From Planctomycetota bacterium (GTDB taxonomy: Bacteria; Planctomycetota; SZUA-567; H5-PLA8), in NCBI GenBank assembly GCA_038227875.1, contig JBBRPR010000010.1, positions 130,344 to 194,343 of the forward strand: DNA of 64,000 nt. Reading direction: 5' to 3'. This document shows positions 1-7,426 of this stretch, in pieces. Position 1 is the stretch's first letter. The number at the start of each line of letters is the position of its first letter. Under the pieces are notes generated by a model that did no database searches, was not told where the DNA came from, and was given only the letters and a program-made list of their open reading frames with translations. Made by a program: the position numbers and the translations under genes.

Positions 1-199
1 CTGCATGTCGTCGACGCATAGCTTTTCGGTCATCATGGTTTGTAAACCTCGCAAAATTCGTGTTTTCCCGGCACGTACACTATCCAGAATTTTGCGTGAA
101 ATTCGAGTCGCGAATTTCAGTTTCCAGACTGCATGAAAATGTGGTTTAGAACGTAAAAAGTCAGACGCCGATTCTGATTCTATATAAAGTGCAAGGGCT

Positions 200-949
200 T
201 CACGCCGGCTGTTCCGGCGGATTGCCGCCCACTCCGCCGCGCGCCTTGGGATGGAAGATCAGTCCGCTGACGAACAGCAGCCCCATCACCGCCCAGAACA
301 GCCATTTCGGAATGCCTTCCACGTGATGCCCCATCGCGCCTTCCAGGGGCGGCTGTCCGAGGGACGCGATGACTTCGGAGCTCAACTTGATGCCGATCCA
401 CGCAACGATCAGGTACGCGGACGCTTCCAGCCCCTGGTAGCGGTCCAGCAGCTTCAGGAACAGTCCCGCCACAAAGCGCATGGTGATGATGCCCAGGATT
501 CCGCCGAGCCAGACGATGTAAATATTGGAACTCATCGCCACCGCCGCAAGGATGGAATCCAGGGAGAACGCAATGTCCATGCATTCGACCCAGAAAACCG
601 TCATCCAGAAGCTGCGCGGTTTGGCCGACGGACCGGCGGGCGCGCCAGTCTTGGAACGGTACTTGGCGTAGAAATGCCGGATTGCCAGAAAGAACAACCA
701 TCCGGCACCCACGGCCTTCAGATACCAGATGCGGATCAGGAATTGCGCCAGCCCCACGCCGATGGCGCGAAAGATGAACGCACCGAGCAGCCCGTAGCGC
801 AACGCATGGCCACGTTCATGGTCGGGCAGATGCTTGACCATCACGGCGAGGACCAGCGCGTTATCGGCGGAGAGCAGACCTTCCAGCACCACCAGCGTCA
901 GGACGATGGCAGCGCTGTCGAGTAGCTGGGGTGAAAGTAGAACGTCCAT
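200..949 (-). CDS. TerC family integral membrane protein (YkoY/YceF-like)
   Basis: LEGLLSADNALVLA, ECMDIAFSLDSILAA and GILGIITMRF motifs; multiple hydrophobic helices. Confidence 0.92.
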   Translation of the reverse strand: MDVLLSPQLLDSAAIVLTLVVLEGLLSADNALVLAVMVKHLPDHERGHALRYGLLGAFIFRAIGVGLAQFLIRIWYLKAVGAGWLFFLAIRHFYAKYRSKTGAPAGPSAKPRSFWMTVFWVECMDIAFSLDSILAAVAMSSNIYIVWLGGILGIITMRFVAGLFLKLLDRYQGLEASAYLIVAWIGIKLSSEVIASLGQPPLEGAMGHHVEGIPKWLFWAVMGLLFVSGLIFHPKARGGVGGNPPEQPA

Positions 950-1023
950 CCGAAAAAGGCTCGCGGCCGCGTTTAACGTCAGACGCGCGAGCTTAGCGGG
1001 GATTCAACAATTGTGCCACAGAT

Positions 1024-1473
1024 TCACGCAGCCTTCACTGTTCCCGACGCGAGGACTTCGGCGATCTTGCGGCGGAGCGCCACAGAGGAGATCGGTTTTT
1101 CAAGAAACGGCGCCGCGGGCATGTAGCCGAATTTCAGCGCGGCAGCTTCGGTGAAGCCTGACATAAAAATATGCTTGAGTCCTGGGAACAGAGCCTGCAT
1201 CGCACCGGCCAGTTCCGGGCCGGTCATTTTGGGCATCACCAGATCGGTCAGCAGCAGATCGACTTTTCCATCGCGTGCAAAGCTCAACGCTTCGGCGCCG
1301 CTGCCGGCCAGGAGTGTGCGATAGCCGCAGTTGCTCAATACGGTATGGATAAACTTCCGGCCATTGACGTCGTTGTCCACGATCAGAATCGTCGGCGGAA
1401 GGGGCGTTTCTGCCACGGCAAAGTTTGCAGGCCCCGCTGACGCTTCCGAAATGTTGGACACGCTGTAAGTCAT
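1024..1473 (-). CDS. Single-domain response regulator (receiver)
   Basis: ILIVDND, LLLTDLVMPKMTG, FMSG and LEKP receiver motifs; GGGAGGA RBS before ATG 1473. Confidence 0.88.
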   Translation of the reverse strand: MTYSVSNISEASAGPANFAVAETPLPPTILIVDNDVNGRKFIHTVLSNCGYRTLLAGSGAEALSFARDGKVDLLLTDLVMPKMTGPELAGAMQALFPGLKHIFMSGFTEAAALKFGYMPAAPFLEKPISSVALRRKIAEVLASGTVKAA

Positions 1474-1609
1474 ACTGTCCTCCCGCCCGAACACGCTCAT
1501 GGGCAACCCGCTTAATTCCCGGGTCTGAAGTAAGTTAAGGCAACCGTTGTGCCACACTTTTGCGCGAATTGCGTCACTTGAGTGGTAGACTTACCCCAAC
1601 GACAGGTGG

Positions 1610-2122
1610 ATGGAGATGCACGTGCAACCGGCCAACATCGAAGCCATTTTCGCCAGCGGCGGCGCTCATCAGCACTTGAGTCCGCACGCGCCGTCGGACG
1701 TGATTCTTGCCGACATGGTTCGGATCCAGGCTCTCGCCGCGCACGAACGCTTGGAGGCGCTGGAGCCGTACCTCGAAGGCTGGCACGCGCGCCAGAAAGA
1801 TCCAATCGAGATCGCATATTATCTCGCCGCCGCGGGATTGAGCTTCGACGAAGCGTGCGCGCTGGACGAAAGCGTCCGCTCCCGCGCGCGTGGCCAACTG
1901 AAACTCCGCGCCCGCCACGACGTGATCCGCGGCCTCGCGCTGATTGTCGCGGGGTTGGTGAGTCTGATTCTCGGCGAATGCATCGATCCTCACTTTCCGG
2001 CTTGGGCTATCGTCCTGATGGTCTGCACGATCGGCGGCGTCTCGCTGCTGGCGCGCGGCCTGCGCTTGCAGCGCCGGATCACGCCGATTTCGGACGAGGT
2101 ACTGGATCGGGATAACTTTTAG
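1610..2122 (+). CDS. Hypothetical membrane protein with two C-terminal TM helices
   Basis: 170-aa ORF with GC-rich codon usage and two hydrophobic segments. Confidence 0.6.
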   Translation: MEMHVQPANIEAIFASGGAHQHLSPHAPSDVILADMVRIQALAAHERLEALEPYLEGWHARQKDPIEIAYYLAAAGLSFDEACALDESVRSRARGQLKLRARHDVIRGLALIVAGLVSLILGECIDPHFPAWAIVLMVCTIGGVSLLARGLRLQRRITPISDEVLDRDNF

Positions 2123-2245
2123 GGCTCGCCGTTCTTGGCGTCTTTGGGTCTTTGCATGAGATTTGAAAACCGTTTTTCGCAACTCGAAACTGCACACGCC
2201 TTGGTTATCGTGGACTCGGATTTTTGAATACCTTTGGGAGGTGGC

Positions 2246-3265
2246 ATGGGTCTGGGTCTTGCGTTTCGGTGTTTCTTTACGGCGCTGGGTGGCGGGGAGC
2301 CGTCGATCCGGCTGGCGCGGGCGTTGTCAGGCGTGAAAGAGCCGCCGGAGATCCGCGAAGTCATTCGCGAAGTCGCCGTGCCCACCAAGGATTCGCCGCC
2401 GCCGCGCGAGATCGTCCGCGAAGTGCCCGTCGAAGTGATCAAGGAAGTGCCCGTCGAGGTGATCAAGGAAGTCATCAAGGAAGTTCCCGTTGAGGTCGTC
2501 AAAGAGGTCATTAAGGAAGTGATCAAGGAAGTCCCGGTCGAAGTGGTCCGTGAAGTGATTAAAGAAGTGCCGGTCGAAGTCATCAAGGAAGTCATTAAAG
2601 AGGTGGAGAAGGAAGTCATTCGCGAAGTTCCCGTCGACCGCGAGGTGATCAAGGAAGTCGAAGTGATCAAAGAGGTGATCAAAGAAGTCCCGGTGGAAGT
2701 CGTCCGCGAGGTCATCAAGGAAGTGCCCGTCGACGTCGTGCGCGAAGTAATCAAGGAGGTAATCAAGGAAGTGCCGGTCGAAGTGATCAAGGAAGTCGTG
2801 CGCGAAGTTCCGAAGGAAGTGATCAAGGAAACGATCCGCGAAATTCCTATCGAAACGATCCGCGAAGTGCAGAAGCTCGTCCCGGACACGCACGGGCCCG
2901 CGCAGTTGCTGGCGCTGCTGCAGCAGGATGGGCGGCTCGTCGATTTCCTCAACGAAGAGATCGAAGGCTTCGAAGACGATCAGATCGGCGCGGCGGTGCG
3001 CGAGATCCATTCGAAGTGCCGCAAAGTGTTGAACAAGTACGTGCAGATCGAACCGGTGCGCACCGAGAAGGAAGGCGACGTCATTTCGCTCGGCGCGGGG
3101 TTCGATCCGTCGGCGGTGCGGCTGACGGGGCAGGTGCGCGACAAGGCGCCGATGTTCGGCACGCTGCGCCACCGCGGCTGGCGCGCGGCGAAAGTCGAGC
3201 TGCCCACGCGGCCCAGCGGCGCGGACCCGTCGATCATCATGCCCGCCGAAGTCGAGATCGAATAA
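2246..3265 (+). CDS. DUF2760 domain protein with long EVIKEVPV-type repeat tract
   Basis: C-terminal QLLALLQQDGRLVDFL..QIGAAVREIH..VRLTG..GTLRHRGW..IMPAEVE; GGAGG RBS before ATG 2246. Confidence 0.85.
   Translation: MGLGLAFRCFFTALGGGEPSIRLARALSGVKEPPEIREVIREVAVPTKDSPPPREIVREVPVEVIKEVPVEVIKEVIKEVPVEVVKEVIKEVIKEVPVEVVREVIKEVPVEVIKEVIKEVEKEVIREVPVDREVIKEVEVIKEVIKEVPVEVVREVIKEVPVDVVREVIKEVIKEVPVEVIKEVVREVPKEVIKETIREIPIETIREVQKLVPDTHGPAQLLALLQQDGRLVDFLNEEIEGFEDDQIGAAVREIHSKCRKVLNKYVQIEPVRTEKEGDVISLGAGFDPSAVRLTGQVRDKAPMFGTLRHRGWRAAKVELPTRPSGADPSIIMPAEVEIE
2348..2883 (+). repeat. Coding repeat tract (E-V-I/V-K/R, E-V-P-V units)
   Basis: About 180 codons of EVIK/EVVR/EVPV with synonymous codon variation. 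Confidence 0.95.
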
Positions 3266-3268
3266 ATC

Positions 3269-4729
3269 ATGTACACGCTCGCGGATGGCAATGCCCAGGC
3301 GCCCGGCGATGTCGCCGCTTTCCTGGCGACCGTCAACGGACTCGGCGCGCATCCCGTCGCGGAAGCGCGGACCCTCTTTGATCCGAACGCCGACCTGATC
3401 GTCGCGCGCGCGCCGGGGCGGCTGGATGTGATGGGCGGCATCGCCGATTACTCCGGTTCGCTGGTGCTGCAGATGCCGACCCGCGAAGCAACGCTCGTCG
3501 CGCTGCAGCAGTCGGTGGAGCGGACTCTGAAGATCGTGAGTCTCGGCGATGCCTCGGATCGCTCCGTCGCGTTCGAGATGCAGCTTTCGGATTTTGAAAA
3601 AGGCGGCGCACCAATTTCGTATGCGGACGCCGGCGTGCTCTTTAAGAAAGATCCGGCCAAACATTGGGCGGCCTACGTGGCCGGCGTGTTACTGGTGCTG
3701 ATGCGCGAACGCGGCGCAGTGTTCTCCGGCGGCGCGCGGCTGCTGGTCTCGTCGCAGGTGCCCGAAGGAAAAGGCGTGAGTTCGTCGGCGGCGATCGAAG
3801 TCGCGGCGATGCGCGCGGTGGCGACGGCGTTTGGTTTGGAACTCGAGGCGCGCGAGCTGGCGATTCTCTGCCAGAAAGTAGAGAACCTGATCGTCGGCGC
3901 GCCGTGCGGCGTGATGGATCAGATGGCCTCGTCGTGCGGGCAGGAACATCGCCTCCTGGCATTGCTCTGCCAACCGGCCGAATTGCAGGGACTGGTCACG
4001 ATTCCCGATGAGATCGCCGTCTGGGGTCTGGATTCCGGCGTGCGCCATTCGGTCTCGGGGGCCGACTACGGTTCGGTACGCGTCGGTGCGTTCATGGGCT
4101 ACCGCATCATTGCCGACAAGGCCGGCTTGAACGTCGAAACGCGCGGCAAGGGCGAGCCGGTGAAGATCGACGACCCCAAGTGGCACGGCTACGTCGCGAA
4201 TGTTTCGACTGACGAATTCGAGCAGACCTTCAAAGACGCGCTGCCCACGACGATCGGCGGCGCGGAGTTTTTGGATCGTTATAACGGCACGACCGATACG
4301 GTCACGCGCGTCGATCCGGCGAAGACCTACGCGGTGCGCGTGCCGACGGCGCATCCAATCTACGAGCACGCGCGGGTGCGGAAGTTCGCCGAATTGCTGC
4401 GCGGACCGGCCGACGAGAAGCGCTTGTCGCAGCTCGGCAAACTGATGGTGCAGTCGCATCTGAGTTACTCCGCGTGCGGACTGGGATCGGACGGCACGGA
4501 CCGGCTGGTGCGGTTGGTTGAGCGCGCGGGTCCGGCGAAGGGTTTGTTCGGCGCGAAGATCACCGGCGGCGGCAGCGGCGGCACGGTCGCGGTGATTGGG
4601 CGGAAGGACGCGCAAGGCGCGATCGACGAGATCGCGGCGCTCTACGCCAAGCAGACCAAACACACGCCGCACATTTTTTCGGGCTCGTCGCCGGGGGCGT
4701 GTAGTTTTAAGGTGAATCGATTGATTTAG
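3269..4729 (+). CDS. GHMP sugar kinase, L-arabinokinase/galactokinase-like
   Basis: ARAPGRLDVMGGIADYSGS, VPEGKGVSSSAA, PCGVMDQM and GAKITGGGSGG motifs. Confidence 0.9.
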   Translation: MYTLADGNAQAPGDVAAFLATVNGLGAHPVAEARTLFDPNADLIVARAPGRLDVMGGIADYSGSLVLQMPTREATLVALQQSVERTLKIVSLGDASDRSVAFEMQLSDFEKGGAPISYADAGVLFKKDPAKHWAAYVAGVLLVLMRERGAVFSGGARLLVSSQVPEGKGVSSSAAIEVAAMRAVATAFGLELEARELAILCQKVENLIVGAPCGVMDQMASSCGQEHRLLALLCQPAELQGLVTIPDEIAVWGLDSGVRHSVSGADYGSVRVGAFMGYRIIADKAGLNVETRGKGEPVKIDDPKWHGYVANVSTDEFEQTFKDALPTTIGGAEFLDRYNGTTDTVTRVDPAKTYAVRVPTAHPIYEHARVRKFAELLRGPADEKRLSQLGKLMVQSHLSYSACGLGSDGTDRLVRLVERAGPAKGLFGAKITGGGSGGTVAVIGRKDAQGAIDEIAALYAKQTKHTPHIFSGSSPGACSFKVNRLI

Positions 4730-4745
4730 GGGCGGATTCTGACCA

Positions 4746-4800
4746 GCGGGCAAATTTGCCCGCAGGTCATTTTGACCTTCAGGCCAATTGGCCTGAAGGT
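4746..4800. repeat. Tandem pair of perfect palindromes (GCAAATTTGC / GCCAATTGGC family)
   Basis: GCGGGCAAATTTGCCCGC at 4746-4763 and ACCTTCAGGCCAATTGGCCTGAAGGT at 4775-4800. Confidence 0.85.
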
Positions 4801-4816
4801 AATCAGGAGGAGTGGC

Positions 4817-5785
4817 ATGAAAGTTCTGATCACGGGCGGAGCGGGTTACATCGGCAGCCACACGGCGAAGGTCATGGCGAAGTCGGGCTTTCAGCCCGTG
4901 GCGCTGGACAACATGAGCTTCGGCCACGACTGGGCCGTGAAGTGGGGGCCGCTCGAGAAAGGTGAACTCGGCGACGTCGAATTCGTCCGGGCTGTGATCA
5001 AGAAGCACAAGATCGAAGCCGTGATCCACTTCGCCGCCAACGCGTTCGTGGGTGAGTCGATGACCAACCCGCGCAAGTATTTTCAGAACAACGTCGTCAA
5101 CACGCTCAACCTGCTCAACGTGATGAACGACGAAGGCGTGAAGAACTTCGTCTTCTCGTCCACCTGCGCGACGTATGGCGATCCGATCCGCGTGCCAATC
5201 GACGAGACGCATCCGCAGAGCCCGGTCAATCCGTACGGCGAATCGAAGTTGTTCGTCGAGAAGATGCTGAAGTGGTACGGCCCCGCGTACAACCTGAAGT
5301 GGACCGCGCTGCGCTACTTCAACGCCGCCGGCGCCGATCCGGAAGGCGAGATCGGTGAAGACCACGAACCGGAAACGCACCTCATCCCGCTGGTGATCCA
5401 GGTGGCGCAGGGCATCCGTCCGCACGCCAGCATTTTCGGCACGGATTACGCGACGCCGGACGGCACGGCGATCCGCGATTACATCCACGTCACGGACCTC
5501 GCCGACGCGCACGTCAAATCGCTGCAGCGTCTGTTGAAGGGCGAAGAGAGCACGGTTTTCAATCTCGGCACGGGCACGGGCAGTTCGGTTCGCGACGTGA
5601 TCAAGGCCGTCGAGAAAGCCAGCGGTAAGGCCGTGAAAGTGATCGAAGCCCCGCGCCGTGCCGGCGACCCGCCCGCGCTGGTGGCCGACGCGAAGAAAGC
5701 CAACACGGTCCTCGGTTGGAAGCCGCAGTACGCGAAGATGGAGACGATCGTGGAGCATGCATGGAAGTGGCATAGCAGGAAGTAG
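4817..5785 (+). CDS. galE: UDP-glucose 4-epimerase
   Basis: TGGAGYIGSH, FSSTCATYG, YGESK, LRYFNAAGA and RDYIHV motifs; AGGAGG RBS. Confidence 0.95.
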   Translation: MKVLITGGAGYIGSHTAKVMAKSGFQPVALDNMSFGHDWAVKWGPLEKGELGDVEFVRAVIKKHKIEAVIHFAANAFVGESMTNPRKYFQNNVVNTLNLLNVMNDEGVKNFVFSSTCATYGDPIRVPIDETHPQSPVNPYGESKLFVEKMLKWYGPAYNLKWTALRYFNAAGADPEGEIGEDHEPETHLIPLVIQVAQGIRPHASIFGTDYATPDGTAIRDYIHVTDLADAHVKSLQRLLKGEESTVFNLGTGTGSSVRDVIKAVEKASGKAVKVIEAPRRAGDPPALVADAKKANTVLGWKPQYAKMETIVEHAWKWHSRK

Positions 5786-5872
5786 CTCCTAGCTCTTGAT
5801 GGTGGGACAGGGAGCTTGCATATTCACGGTTGAAGTGCGCATGGTTCTTGAGTCGGCGATATGCGGATGGAA

Positions 5873-6035
5873 GCCTGTGTGTCAAGGAGCAAGCGGCCGT
5901 ATGCTTGCTCCTTGCTGTTGTGTGTGCGACTTTCGCGCAAGCGGTTGATAAGATTACTGCCAGGATGTACGACTTCTCAAATTTGGGTGCGCTGAGCAAG
6001 GAGCAAGCAAACGGCCTTGCTCCTTGACACACGGC
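5873..6035. repeat. REPIN/MITE-like element, copy 1 (two inverted palindromic arms, 78-nt spacer)
   Basis: Arms at 5873-5916 and 5995-6035; homologous copy at 56016-56178. Confidence 0.85.
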
Positions 6036-6081
6036 CTTCATCGACTTGCTATACGCCAACTCCTTGCACCATTCCCAAGAG

Positions 6082-6468
6082 CTAAGAACCACTCTTCACC
6101 GCGATGCATTCGATCTCCACGCGGGCATTCGCCGGAAGCTTCGCGACCTGAACCGTGCTCCGCGCCGGGCGGTGGGTGCCGAAGAACGCGGCGTAGGTTT
6201 TGTTCATGCCTTCGAAGTCGGCGAGGTCGTGCATGAAGACGGTGGTTTTGATGACGTCGGCGGGAGTGCAGCCGGCGGACTTCAGGACTTCGCGCAGATT
6301 CTCGAGGACCTGCTGCGTCGCGGCTTCGATCGAATCGGAGATGACCTTGCCGTCGGCGGTGCGGGGGATCTGGCCGGAGGTGTAGACGAAATTCCCGAAC
6401 GAGGCGGCCGGGCTGTACGGGCCGAGCGTGGTGGCTCCGGCGGGGGCGTGGGTTTGGATGTCGGGCAT
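6082..6468 (-). CDS. RidA/YjgF family reactive imine deaminase
   Basis: GPYS, TSGQIP, DVIKTTVF, MNKTY and RPARSTVQVAKLPANARVEIECIA motifs. Confidence 0.93.
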   Translation of the reverse strand: MPDIQTHAPAGATTLGPYSPAASFGNFVYTSGQIPRTADGKVISDSIEAATQQVLENLREVLKSAGCTPADVIKTTVFMHDLADFEGMNKTYAAFFGTHRPARSTVQVAKLPANARVEIECIAVKSGS

Positions 6469-6556
6469 GGGGCGGAGTCCTTTACAGACAGTTTTGAGTT
6501 TTCAGTTTTGAGTTTTGAAATTGGCTTCGCGAGAAACTTCGAATGGGATGCGTCTG

Positions 6557-6612
6557 GCACGGATGAACAAATTCCTTCGCTACGCTCAGGAATTTGCGCA
6601 TCCGTGGCACCA
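6557..6612. repeat. 56-nt hairpin repeat, copy 1
   Basis: GCACGGATGAAC-stem-TTCGCTACGCTCA-stem-GCGCATCCGTGGCACCA; second copy at 15125-15180. Confidence 0.85.
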
Positions 6613-6622
6613 GTCGTCATAG

Positions 6623-7333
6623 TTACATTTTGCCGTTGCCGTCGTCATCCGTGCGTTTCTTGTTGTCGTTCTTCGTGGGCTTGCTCGTGCGCGGTTCGGA
6701 GGGCGGGTTGGTTTCGTAGACCGACGGGGCCTGGACGGCGACGCGGCGCTGTTCGCCCTGCCACCACTGGCGCCAATCGTCGACGGACTTGGCGCGGGCA
6801 ACTTCGCCGTTGCTCGGGCCGTAGCCGAAGTCGCGGCGCGTGCGGGATTTCAGCGCCTTGAACGCGGTTTCGCGGATCGAGTATTCGTTGTCGGCAAGGC
6901 ACTCGATCAAGTCGCCGGTGGCATCCGGGCCGCCGAACTGGACGGTCAGGCGCAGCGCGGGGGCGCGGACTTCGACGCGCGGGTTCTTCAGCAGCAACCG
7001 CACGTCGCGGACGACGATCTTGTCGACGCCCTGCTTGGTGCCGAAAAACTTGAGCTGCTCTTCGGCGGGAATCGCGATCGAAGGTTCGGGCTTCTGCAGG
7101 CGTTCGACGAGGATGCCGACGGCCTTTTCCGGATCGGTGTCGTCCTTGACCGGCTCGAGCTTCTCCGCCTTGCGCTTGCTCTTCTCACCAGAATCCGGAT
7201 CGAAGCCGGTGTAGGCGTCTTCGGTCGCGGGCTTGTTCATGGCCTTCTTGGCGGCTTCGGTCGTGCAGCCGGTCGTGACCAGCAGCAGCAGCGACAGCAG
7301 GCCCAGGCGATGACTCAACGCGCTCTTCAACAT
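6623..7333 (-). CDS. HEAT-repeat lipoprotein
   Basis: Lipobox LLLVTTGC; HEAT-like VRAPAL..LIECLAD..IRETAFKAL and DFGY..WRQWW motifs. Confidence 0.8.
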   Translation of the reverse strand: MLKSALSHRLGLLSLLLLVTTGCTTEAAKKAMNKPATEDAYTGFDPDSGEKSKRKAEKLEPVKDDTDPEKAVGILVERLQKPEPSIAIPAEEQLKFFGTKQGVDKIVVRDVRLLLKNPRVEVRAPALRLTVQFGGPDATGDLIECLADNEYSIRETAFKALKSRTRRDFGYGPSNGEVARAKSVDDWRQWWQGEQRRVAVQAPSVYETNPPSEPRTSKPTKNDNKKRTDDDGNGKM

Positions 7334-7426
7334 TCCACCCATTTTCACTCGGTACGTCCTCCTGGTATTCGCGCTAGTTTGATCCAAACTAGACGCCGCT
7401 TCCCCCAAATTCATTACAGAAATTAC

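Noticed and set aside
1..36. Possible start of a minus-strand gene (MMTEKLCVDDMQ) running off the window
   Set aside because: Only 12 codons are visible, too little to support a call.
950..1023. yybP-ykoY Mn riboswitch upstream of the TerC gene
   Set aside because: Only about 75 nt of intergenic space and no recognisable conserved elements.
2348..2883. CRISPR array (also considered 47520-47645 and 12564-12593)
   Set aside because: These are coding or simple tandem repeats without unique spacers, and no cas genes are present.
2119..5773. Long antisense ORFs (2119-2952, 2327-3664, 3689-5773) and similar shadow ORFs such as 15330-17516
   Set aside because: They lie opposite well-supported genes and are expected from GC-rich codon bias and repeat tracts.
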